Part shown: positions 1-7,273 of the stretch, piece after piece
Layout of the letters: every line of letters begins with the position of its first letter
Position numbering within the stretch: position 1 is the first letter of the stretch
NCBI GenBank assembly: GCA_003153035.1
Contig: PMBT01000026.1
Span: forward strand, 296-64,295
Direction: 5' to 3'
Length of the DNA stretch: 64,000 bases
From: Opitutia bacterium
Lineage (GTDB): Bacteria > Verrucomicrobiota > Verrucomicrobiia > Opitutales > Opitutaceae
Made by a program: the position numbers and the translations under genes
The notes under the pieces: model-generated
Databases searched by the model: none
Told to the model about the DNA's origin: nothing
Seen by the model: only the letters and a program-made list of their open reading frames with translations

Positions 1-982
1 CGGGGCGCTTGGCGAGGCTCAGCGTGACAGCGGCCTGCTCGCGGGAAGCTGGGGATGCGACCCCCTGGTCGCGTTGCGGCGACGAGGGCGTCGCCGCTCC
101 ATCCCCCACCCCGTAGAGCACATAGTTGGACGGCTCCTCCGGCCCGTCCGTGATCGTCGCCACATCACGCAGGTAGACCGGGCTGCCATCGGACACGCCG
201 ACGACCACGGCCCCGACATCGCGAGCATCGCGGAAGAAGGTGCCGGTTTGCAGCAGGGTCTCCTGGTTGACGTAATTCTGCGCCCCGGTCTGCGCCTGCG
301 CGTTGGCCTGCTGGAGCATCGGCACCAGGTAGGCGGCGCTCAGGTTGCGCGAGGTGAGCCGCTGCGGGTCGAGCAGCACGCGGATCTGGCGGTGCGTGCC
401 CCCGATCAGCGTGGTTTCGGCGACCTGGGGGACCGTCTTCACGGCATCGTCCACCTGGGCCGCGATCCGGCGAAGGACGGCATGATCGTAGCGTTCGCTA
501 TGGAAAGTAAGCGCGAGGATCGGCACGTCGTCGATCGTGCGCGGCTTGATCAGCGGAAAACTGACGCCGAGCGGGATGCGGTCGAAATTCGTCTGCAGCT
601 TCTGGTTCAGCTTCACAAGACTCTTCTCGAGATCCTCGCCAACCTTGAAGCGCACGATGGTCATGTTGGCGCCGGGCATCGCGGTGGAATAGATGTATTC
701 CACGCCGGGGATCTCCCAGAGCAGCTTTTCCATGGGACGCGTGACGCGGTTCTCGACGTCGCGCGCGTCGGCGCCGGGCATGGCAACCATGACGTCGATC
801 ATGGGTACCTTAATCTGCGGCTCCTCCTCGCGCGGCAGCATGAGGATCGAGAAGAGGCCGAGCAGCAGCGAGGCGGCCACGACGATGGGCGTCAGTTTCG
901 AGTCGATGAAGACCGACGCCATGCGGCCGGCAATGCCGTATTTCACCGGATCGGAGAACGGCGGGAGCTGGCCGGCCCTCAT
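1..982 (-). CDS. RND efflux transporter permease (AcrB/CzcA superfamily), N-terminal ~327 codons; continues beyond window start
   Basis: My own minus-strand translation from ATG 982..980 gives MRAGQLPPFSDPVKYGIAGRMASVFIDSKLTPIVVAASLLLGLFSILMLPREEEPQIKVPMIDVMVAMPGADARDVENRV... This is TM1 followed by a large periplasmic loop, as in RND pumps. The ATG overlaps the stop of the upstream MFP gene (ATGA at 979-982). It is absent from the ORF track because it has no stop codon in the window. Confidence 0.9.
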   Translation of the reverse strand, partial: MRAGQLPPFSDPVKYGIAGRMASVFIDSKLTPIVVAASLLLGLFSILMLPREEEPQIKVPMIDVMVAMPGADARDVENRVTRPMEKLLWEIPGVEYIYSTAMPGANMTIVRFKVGEDLEKSLVKLNQKLQTNFDRIPLGVSFPLIKPRTIDDVPILALTFHSERYDHAVLRRIAAQVDDAVKTVPQVAETTLIGGTHRQIRVLLDPQRLTSRNLSAAYLVPMLQQANAQAQTGAQNYVNQETLLQTGTFFRDARDVGAVVVGVSDGSPVYLRDVATITDGPEEPSNYVLYGVGDGAATPSSPQRDQGVASPASREQAAVTLSLAKRP

Positions 983-2007
983 GGCTGGACCTCCAACCCC
1001 TGGCCTTCACGCAGTCCGGCAGGCGGGTTGAGGACGAGCCGGTCGCCCTCGGCCACGCCGGAGAGTATCTCAACTCGTTCGCCGCGGGTCGCGCCGGTCT
1101 TCACGAGGCGGAGGACGGCGCGGTTGTCGACCGCCACAAACACGCGCTCCATCTGGCCGAGCGTGCTGACGGCGGCGGCAGGCGCGAGCATGATGCGGGC
1201 GGGAGCACCCGGCACCTGGACCCGGGCAAACTGGCCCGAGCGCACGGCGGTACCGGCGGGCACGGAAATTTTGGCGGGCACGTTGCGGGCAAAGGCGTCG
1301 GACGCCGACGAGAGTTCGACCAGCGCTCCGGTAAACGTCACCCCGGCGGCGGGCACCTCCACCACGAGCGGCGTACCGACGGCGAGCCGCGCGGCGAGCG
1401 AATCCGGGACGCCGGCTTCAATCTGAAAGGCGGCCGTGCCTTCGATTTCAAGCAGCGGCTGCCCCGGAGCAGAAAGATCGCCGGCGTTGGCCAACTTGCG
1501 GGCGACGACCCCGTCGAACGGCGCGCGCACGGTGGCATAACTGAGCATGGTCTCGGCCTCGCTCACCATCGCCTGGGTCATAACGAAGCGGTCCTCAAGA
1601 CCCTTCACCATCTCGGTGGTGCTGGCGTTCTTCGCGAGCAAGTCGCGTTCGCGCTCCAGATCGCGCCGGGCCATGTTGAGCTGCGACTGGGCCTGCAGCA
1701 CCTTGGCGGAAATTTCGGCGGCGGAGATCTTCACCAGCAAGTCGCCTGCCTTAACGCGCTGACCGAGCGTGACGGGCAGCTCTTCGATTGCCCCCATGAC
1801 CTTGGCGGCGATCATCGCCCGCTGGACCGGTCGGACGGTTCCCGTGACCTCGGTGAGCGTGGGCACGTTTTCGACGTGTACATCGACCAGACGAACTCGG
1901 GCCGGCGGAAGGTTCGACGCGGCATTCGCCGCAGTTTCCTCATGCGGGGAACACCCCGCGATCAGCGCGAGGGTGAGGAGGAGGATGGCAGGACGGATCG
2001 GATTCAT
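979..2007 (-). CDS. Efflux RND periplasmic adaptor (membrane fusion protein, HlyD/AcrA family), lipoprotein-like N-terminus
   Basis: Track ORF 979..2208 trimmed to the internal ATG at 2007: MNPIRPAILLLTLALIAGCSPHEE (lipobox-like LIAGC). It has a coiled-coil hairpin region (AEISAKVLQAQSQLNMARRDLERERDLLAK) and beta-barrel segments typical of MFPs. It sits between the OMF and RND genes. Confidence 0.9.
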   Translation of the reverse strand: MNPIRPAILLLTLALIAGCSPHEETAANAASNLPPARVRLVDVHVENVPTLTEVTGTVRPVQRAMIAAKVMGAIEELPVTLGQRVKAGDLLVKISAAEISAKVLQAQSQLNMARRDLERERDLLAKNASTTEMVKGLEDRFVMTQAMVSEAETMLSYATVRAPFDGVVARKLANAGDLSAPGQPLLEIEGTAAFQIEAGVPDSLAARLAVGTPLVVEVPAAGVTFTGALVELSSASDAFARNVPAKISVPAGTAVRSGQFARVQVPGAPARIMLAPAAAVSTLGQMERVFVAVDNRAVLRLVKTGATRGERVEILSGVAEGDRLVLNPPAGLREGQGLEVQP

Positions 2008-2039
2008 GATCGGAAAGAGAGGGGAAGGCAGGAGGTCTT

Positions 2040-2100
2040 TGTGAGAGCGAGCTTGCGCGCCATGCAGCGTGCTAAAATCGCCTGCAAGCAAGCTCCTACA
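2040..2100. repeat. REP-doublet (REPIN-like) copy 1: TGTGAGAGCGAGCTTGCGCGCC ... ATCGCCTGCAAGCAAGCTCCTACA
   Basis: Two inverted arms of the GTAGGAGC-[stem]-GC(A/T)(A/T)GC-[stem]-GAT type are separated by about 14 nt. The same architecture occurs at 30647-30709 and 58426-58549. The right arm contains the stop codon of the OMF gene. Confidence 0.75.
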
Positions 2101-3439
2101 TTTCAGGCGATGGTTCGGCCAGCGGAGTGAGGCCGAGGGCGCGGCGCAGTTCGGCCAGGGCGAGGCGCTCGTCGGCGCCGGCGACGACGCGCCGCATGCG
2201 CGTTTCAATCAGACGGCTTTCGACGCCGATCAGGTCGGCGGTGAGAAGCGCGCCCTTCTCAAAGCGGGCGCGGCTGAGCGCGGCGCTTTCCTCGGCCTGC
2301 TCGACGGCTTGGGCGGTCACGGCGAGGCGCTCGACGGCATCGGCGTGGGCCAGCCGGGCCTGCTCGACTTCGAGCCCGATGCCGAGTGTGACCTTGCGGA
2401 GCATCTCCTTTACCTGGGCGAGCTCGGCCGTGCTCTTGCGGATCTTCCCGGAGGTCTGGCCGCCGTCGAAGACGTTGAGATCAATCGAGACGCCGGCCAT
2501 CCAGCTGTCGCCATGGCTGTCGAGTTTCCAGCCCTGGTCGTATTGGTAGCTGGCGAACGCGTTGATCGTCGGCTGGCGGTTTCCCCGCGCCGCGCGCACC
2601 ATCGCTTCGGCCGCCCGGATCCGTTCCTGCAAACCGAGCAGTTCGGGGCGCTGCGAATAGTCATGGAAGTCGGGCACGCCAAGTCGGGCCACCGACGGAT
2701 CGTCGGCGGCGAGCTCGACAGATTCACCGGATGCTTCCTGACCCAGCACGAAGAGGAAGGTGCGCGCGGCGAGGGCCGCGCCGTGACGGACCGAGGAAAG
2801 GGTTTCGCGGGTCTGGGCGAGCTGGACTTCGAGGCTGAGCAGGTCGGCCTTCAGCATCTGACCCGCCTCGAACCGGGCGCGCGCGGCGGCGACCCCGGCC
2901 TCGTAGGCCTTCGCACCGGCCTCGACGGCCGCAACCCCCTCCCGGGCTTTGCGGATGCTGAGGTAGGCCCTGACCACCTCGACGCCGAGCTGGTTTTGTG
3001 TCGCCCGCAGGTCCTGCTCGGCGGCGCGCGCGCCGGCCCGGGCGGCGTTGCGACCGGCTGTGGCGCGTCCGCCGCTGTAGAGGTTGTAGGCGACCGTGCC
3101 GGTTCCGTTGAGATTGTCGATCTGACCCGGATGGTTGAAATCAAGGCCGAAGTTGAACGCCCGCTGGTTGAGGATCGCGCCGAACGCCATCATCGCGTTG
3201 TTGGTCTCGGTATAGCCGCCCCGCAGCATCACCTGCGGCATCCAGGCGGAGCTCGCCTGCTCGGTCAGCGCCTGGGCGGCCTCGATGCGCTGGCGGGCGA
3301 TGCGGGCGTCGGGACTGTTCTTGAGCGCCGTCTCGACGGCATGTTCGAGCGTCCAGGGTTCGGCGCGCAGCAGCGAGGCCGAGGCGAGGATGGCGAGCGC
3401 AAGCGCGACGGTCAGCCAACGGACCCTGAGATCCATCAT
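2096..3439 (-). CDS. Outer-membrane efflux factor (TolC/OprM/CzcC family)
   Basis: Track ORF 2096..3490. The likely start is MMDLRVRWLTVALALAILASASLLRAEPWTLEHAVETALKNSPD, a signal peptide followed by the typical OMF N-terminus. Two repeated alpha-helical/beta halves are present. First gene of the OMF-MFP-RND triplet. Confidence 0.9.
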   Translation of the reverse strand: MMDLRVRWLTVALALAILASASLLRAEPWTLEHAVETALKNSPDARIARQRIEAAQALTEQASSAWMPQVMLRGGYTETNNAMMAFGAILNQRAFNFGLDFNHPGQIDNLNGTGTVAYNLYSGGRATAGRNAARAGARAAEQDLRATQNQLGVEVVRAYLSIRKAREGVAAVEAGAKAYEAGVAAARARFEAGQMLKADLLSLEVQLAQTRETLSSVRHGAALAARTFLFVLGQEASGESVELAADDPSVARLGVPDFHDYSQRPELLGLQERIRAAEAMVRAARGNRQPTINAFASYQYDQGWKLDSHGDSWMAGVSIDLNVFDGGQTSGKIRKSTAELAQVKEMLRKVTLGIGLEVEQARLAHADAVERLAVTAQAVEQAEESAALSRARFEKGALLTADLIGVESRLIETRMRRVVAGADERLALAELRRALGLTPLAEPSPEM

Positions 3440-3494
3440 CGGATCCGCGTGGAAAGCGCGCACCGCAGACGTAGGGCGATTAATGCGCATGGCT

Positions 3495-3677
3495 TTAGGA
3501 GGAGCGGGCGCTCAGTGCCATCAGCAGGCCGATAAAACCGCCATATAATGCACCGCGCCACCAAGTCGAGGTAAGCGGACAGGTGCCGGACGAGCACTGC
3601 CCGAAATAGCCCATCAGTCCGCCGAGCAGGACGCCGGCAAGCACGATGGCGGCGAAACGAAGTGCCGGATGATTCAT
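3495..3677 (-). CDS. Small two-TM membrane protein with CSSGTC motif (DUF6132-like, recalled from memory)
   Basis: MNHPALRFAAIVLAGVLLGGLMGYFGQCSSGTCPLTSTWWRGALYGGFIGLLMALSARSS has two hydrophobic helices flanking CxxGxC. Its start overlaps the stop of the upstream DUF2892 gene (ATGA at 3674-3677), which suggests translational coupling. Confidence 0.65.
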   Translation of the reverse strand: MNHPALRFAAIVLAGVLLGGLMGYFGQCSSGTCPLTSTWWRGALYGGFIGLLMALSARSS

Positions 3678-3895
3678 GACCGCTTCTCCGGTTGGACTCC
3701 GCAAGCGCCCTCACCCAGGCCGAGCTTATGCAGGACGAACTCCGCCAAACAGAAGCCGGTGAAGGCGGATTGGATGAGGTTGAGGCCGACGAACACGGCC
3801 AGCAGCAGCCACCAGGGGCTGACGAAATGCGCCAGCGCGACGCTGACGAGCACGAGGGTGCCGGCGAGGATGCGGATGTAGGATTCGGTTTTCAT
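3674..3895 (-). CDS. DUF2892 / YgaP-like transmembrane-domain protein
   Basis: From the internal ATG at 3895: MKTESYIRILAGTLVLVSVALAHFVSPWWLLLAVFVGLNLIQSAFTGFCLAEFVLHKLG. This is the characteristic two-helix DUF2892 pattern (RxxxG...G.NL.QS.FT.FC). It is divergent from an ArsR gene, a frequent pairing. Confidence 0.8.
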   Translation of the reverse strand: MKTESYIRILAGTLVLVSVALAHFVSPWWLLLAVFVGLNLIQSAFTGFCLAEFVLHKLGLGEGACGVQPEKRS

Positions 3896-3952
3896 GGGAA
3901 GGAGCTTGACTTTTATTTCGTTATATGAGCATATGATCATGTAGTTGATTTT
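3896..3952. promoter_or_regulatory. AT-rich divergent promoter/operator region between the DUF2892 operon and arsR-family gene
   Basis: GGAGCTTGACTTTTATTTCGTTATATGAGCATATGATCATGTAGTTGATTTT is strikingly AT-rich in a GC-rich genome. It contains CATATG and the perfect palindrome ATGATCAT (3933-3940) plus a TTGACT -35-like hexamer. Exact operator boundaries are not determined. Confidence 0.45.
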
Positions 3953-4318
3953 ATGTCAAGCCCGCTTTCAATCGCCTGCTTCCTGATGAAGACCCGCTCG
4001 CTCTCCCCCGAAGTGCTGGAACTGGTCGCGCGCCGCTTCGCGGTGCTGGCCGAGCCGATGCGCCTGCGCCTCCTGCAGTCGCTGATCGACGGCGAAAAGA
4101 ACGTGCACACGCTCGTCGGGCTGACGGGCGGCACGCAGGCCAATGTCTCCCGCCATCTGCAGACCCTGACGGACGCCCACCTGCTCCGGCGCCGGAAGGA
4201 GGGATTGCAAGTTTTCTACGCCATTGCCGACCCGTCGATCTTCAAGCTCTGCGAGCTCGTCTGCGGCAGTCTGGAGAAGGAGCACGCCGCCCGCGCCGGG
4301 GTATTCCGCGGCGAGTAG
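3953..4318 (+). CDS. ArsR/SmtB-family metalloregulatory transcriptional repressor
   Basis: FAVLAEPMRLRLLQSLIDGEKNVHTLVGLTGGTQANVSRHLQTLTDAHLLRRRKEGLQVFYAI is a canonical ArsR winged helix-turn-helix. The start could instead be the ATG at 3986 (MKTRS). Confidence 0.9.
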   Translation: MSSPLSIACFLMKTRSLSPEVLELVARRFAVLAEPMRLRLLQSLIDGEKNVHTLVGLTGGTQANVSRHLQTLTDAHLLRRRKEGLQVFYAIADPSIFKLCELVCGSLEKEHAARAGVFRGE

Positions 4319-4448
4319 CCGGGCTAACGCTGCGGCGATGGCTTGATCTTTTGTCTGCTAACCGCTTGATCCGGTTGTTTTTGGCGGGAGTTTCTCCGGA
4401 TTTTGCCCGATCACTGAAGGTTCTTACGACATTTTCCGATCAATTTTT

Positions 4449-6200
4449 ATGGTAGATGACCTGATTATAGGCATGGCCGGCTCCGGCGGTGATGGCATCG
4501 TTTCCGCCGGTGAATCGCTCATCAGCGCGGCGGCCGCGGAGGGTTACTTCGCCATCCTGACCAAGAGCTTCGGCTCCCAGATTCGCGGAGGCGAGTCGTC
4601 CTGCCGGCTGCGGGTGTCGACCCGGCCGGTGTTGAATCCTGGCGGCACGCTGAGCGTGGCGGTGGTGCTGAACTGGGAAGATTTCCTGAAATTCGGCGCC
4701 GAGCTGCCCGTCGGCGCCAACACGGTGGTCGTCTATGAAACGAAGACCGGCGTTGAACCAGCCGTGATTCCGCTGGGCGGGGTCACTCCGGCCGTGGTTT
4801 TTGCCGCGCCGATGGAAGCCATGGCGCTGAAGGCGGCGGGCACGATGCAGGCCAAGAACAGCGTCGTGCTCGGTTTGCTCGCCGGCTGGTTCGGGCTGGC
4901 GCGCAAAAGCATTCTCAAGGGCATCAGCAAGAAATTCGCGCGAAAAGGCGCAGCCGTCCTGGAGGGCAATGAACGGGCGTTTGCCGCCGGATTGGAATAC
5001 GCGGAACAGCATCCGCTCAGCGCCGACCGCCAGCTGAGCCCGCCAGCGCCCACGGCCGGCCGCAAGCTCCTGACCGACGGCAACGACATGTGCGGCGCCG
5101 CGGCGCTGTTTGCCGGGTGCAAGTTCTTCGGTGGCTATCCCATCACGCCGGCCTCGGAAATCATGCAGTATCTCGGCCGGGAGATCTGGAAATACGGGGG
5201 CTCGCTGCTGCAGGCGGAAGACGAGATCGCCGGCGTCGCCGCGGCGGTGGGTGCCTCGTTTGCCGGAGTCAAGGCCATGACCGCCACCTCCGGCCCGGGG
5301 CTCTCGCTCAAAACGGAGGTCCTGGGCCTGGCGAGCGTCGCCGAGCTGCCGCTGGTGTGCGTGGACGTCCAGCGCGGCGGCCCTTCCACCGGCATGCCGA
5401 CCAAGGCCGAGCAGGCGGACCTGTTTGCCGCGGTCTTCTCGGCGCACGGCGACACCGTGCGGCCGGTGCTGGCGCCGATCAGCGTCGCGGACACTTTCGG
5501 CATTACCGTGGAGGCTTTCAATATTGCGGAGCAATACCAGACGCCGGTGATCGTGCTGTCGGATCAAGAGATCGCCCAGCGAAAGGAAATCGTTACTCCA
5601 ATCGACACGTCGCGCTTCAAGCTGATCGAGCGCCTCAAGCCGACTGAACAGGAACTGGATCAGTATACGCGCTTTCGCTTCACCGAATCCGGCATCAGTC
5701 CGCTCAGCCACCCCGGCATGAAGGGCGGCAACTACCTGGCGGCGGGCATTGAGCACAACGAGCAGGGCGCCCCGACGGCGAGCGGCGAGATGCATGCCCG
5801 CATGAACGACAAGCGGCTCCGCAAGATGGATCCGCTCAAGCAGCGTCACGATCTTTTCGTGCTGGAGGGCGATCCGGACGCCACCATCGGCCTGATCAGC
5901 TGGGGCAGCGTTGCCGGCGTGGCGCTGGAAGCACTGCACCTGGCCCGGGCCGAGGGCCTCAAGGCGCGGCTGCTCGTGCCCAAGCTGCTCTATCCGGTGG
6001 CCGAGGATGTTTACCGGGAATTTTTCGCCCCGCTGCGGAAATGTCTCGTCATCGAGCAATCCCACCAGGGGCAACTCTACCGGATCATCCGCATGTGGGT
6101 GCCGGTCCCACCGGAATTCCAGGTGCTGGCAAAGAGCGGCTCCAATCCTATTTCTCCGGAGGAAGTGCTGGAGAAAATCCGGCTGATGGCGCGGGCCTGA
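4449..6200 (+). CDS. korA: 2-oxoacid:ferredoxin oxidoreductase, alpha (fused gamma-alpha) subunit
   Basis: MVDDLIIGMAGSGGDGIVSAGESLISAAAAEGYFAILTKSFGSQIRGGES is a gamma-domain N-terminus. It is followed by the alpha domain (GYPITPASEIMQYL, EDEIAGVAAAVGASFAGVKAMTATSGPGLSL). The adjacent downstream gene is the beta subunit. Confidence 0.92.
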   Translation: MVDDLIIGMAGSGGDGIVSAGESLISAAAAEGYFAILTKSFGSQIRGGESSCRLRVSTRPVLNPGGTLSVAVVLNWEDFLKFGAELPVGANTVVVYETKTGVEPAVIPLGGVTPAVVFAAPMEAMALKAAGTMQAKNSVVLGLLAGWFGLARKSILKGISKKFARKGAAVLEGNERAFAAGLEYAEQHPLSADRQLSPPAPTAGRKLLTDGNDMCGAAALFAGCKFFGGYPITPASEIMQYLGREIWKYGGSLLQAEDEIAGVAAAVGASFAGVKAMTATSGPGLSLKTEVLGLASVAELPLVCVDVQRGGPSTGMPTKAEQADLFAAVFSAHGDTVRPVLAPISVADTFGITVEAFNIAEQYQTPVIVLSDQEIAQRKEIVTPIDTSRFKLIERLKPTEQELDQYTRFRFTESGISPLSHPGMKGGNYLAAGIEHNEQGAPTASGEMHARMNDKRLRKMDPLKQRHDLFVLEGDPDATIGLISWGSVAGVALEALHLARAEGLKARLLVPKLLYPVAEDVYREFFAPLRKCLVIEQSHQGQLYRIIRMWVPVPPEFQVLAKSGSNPISPEEVLEKIRLMARA

Positions 6201-6218
6201 ATCCCCGAGTCCACTCCC

Positions 6219-7130
6219 ATGAGCACCGAATGTCCCCTGAGTCCGGAGGTCTTCACGGCCAAAACCTTTCGCAGCAACCTGAAGCCCATTTGGTGTCCCG
6301 GCTGCGGCGATTACGGCGTGGTGACGGCCCTTTATCGTGCCCTGGCCGCCATCAAGCGCCCGCCGCATGAAATCGCGTTCATCTCGGGCATCGGCTGCTC
6401 CAGCCGCATCCCCGGATACACGACGGCCTACGGTTTCAACACCGTACACGGCCGGGCGCTGCCGATCGCGCAAGGCATTAAGATGGCCAACCCCGAGCTG
6501 CTCGTGCTAGTCGCCGGCGGCGACGGCGACGGTTTTTCGATCGGCGGCGGGCATGTGCCGCACGCCATCCGCCGCAATCTTGATCTGACCTACATCGTCA
6601 TGGACAATCAGATCTATGGGCTGACGAAGGGCCAGTTGTCTCCGACGTCCCCGCGCGGGAAGAAGACCGCCTCCACGGTTTACGGCAGCATGGAGGACCC
6701 GGTGAACCCGCTTCTTTACGTGCTCGCTTACGGCGCCGGGTTCGTGGCCCAGGGCGTGCCGGCCGACATGGAGGGGCTGGCCAACCTACTCGAGGAGGCC
6801 ATTCGCTATCCCGGATTCTCGTTCGTGAACATCCAGTCACCGTGCATCACCTACGGCGAGCCGGACACTCAACTGAAGACCCAGAAGACCCGCATGCGCA
6901 AACTCGAGGCGGAGGGGCACGATTCCAGCAACCGCCTGCGCGCGATGGAACTGGCACAGGAATACGGTCGGACGCTCTACACCGGCGTTTTCTACCGCAA
7001 CCCCAACCCGCCACCCACCTATGAGAGCCAGATCCGGGAGCGGCAGCAGGAATTGAACGGCAAGGACATGGCGCTGGAACAGCTCCTCGGCGCCAAGGAT
7101 GCCGAGAACGGGAATCTCGTCGCCGGTTGA
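6219..7130 (+). CDS. korB: 2-oxoacid:ferredoxin oxidoreductase, beta (TPP-binding) subunit
   Basis: WCPGCGDYGV, GIGCSSRIP and GGDGDGFSIGGGH are TPP/Fe-S-proximal motifs of KorB-type subunits. It starts 19 nt after korA. Confidence 0.92.
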   Translation: MSTECPLSPEVFTAKTFRSNLKPIWCPGCGDYGVVTALYRALAAIKRPPHEIAFISGIGCSSRIPGYTTAYGFNTVHGRALPIAQGIKMANPELLVLVAGGDGDGFSIGGGHVPHAIRRNLDLTYIVMDNQIYGLTKGQLSPTSPRGKKTASTVYGSMEDPVNPLLYVLAYGAGFVAQGVPADMEGLANLLEEAIRYPGFSFVNIQSPCITYGEPDTQLKTQKTRMRKLEAEGHDSSNRLRAMELAQEYGRTLYTGVFYRNPNPPPTYESQIRERQQELNGKDMALEQLLGAKDAENGNLVAG

Positions 7131-7168
7131 TGGCCGGCCCGCCCCGGGGGCAGCCAGGTCTTCAAACT

Positions 7169-7252
7169 GTCATTGCGAGGAGTCCTGCCCTGCAGGACGA
7201 CGAAGCAATCCAGCTGGATCGCCACGGCGCGCCGAGCGCGCCTCGCGATGAC
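7169..7252. repeat. 84-bp palindromic intergenic element with 12-bp terminal inverted repeats (GTCATTGCGAGG / CCTCGCGATGAC) and two internal hairpins
   Basis: The terminal arms have one mismatch. Internal stems are GTCCTGC-cct-GCAGGAC and GGCGCGC-cga-GCGCGCC. It lies in the convergent gap between korB (stop 7130) and the GH31 gene (stop 7274), so it may act as a bidirectional terminator. Confidence 0.6.
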
Positions 7253-7273
7253 AGGCGGTTTGCGACGCCACCG

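Noticed and set aside
74-1426. 450-aa plus-strand ORF overlapping the RND and MFP genes
   Set aside because: Its composition is Arg/Gly/Ala/His-rich and low-complexity, typical of antisense shadow ORFs in high-GC DNA. The opposite strand encodes clearly recognisable RND and MFP proteins.
4440-6473. 677-aa minus-strand ORF antisense to korA/korB
   Set aside because: It is a shadow ORF. There are no recognisable motifs, while korA/korB on the plus strand have canonical signatures.
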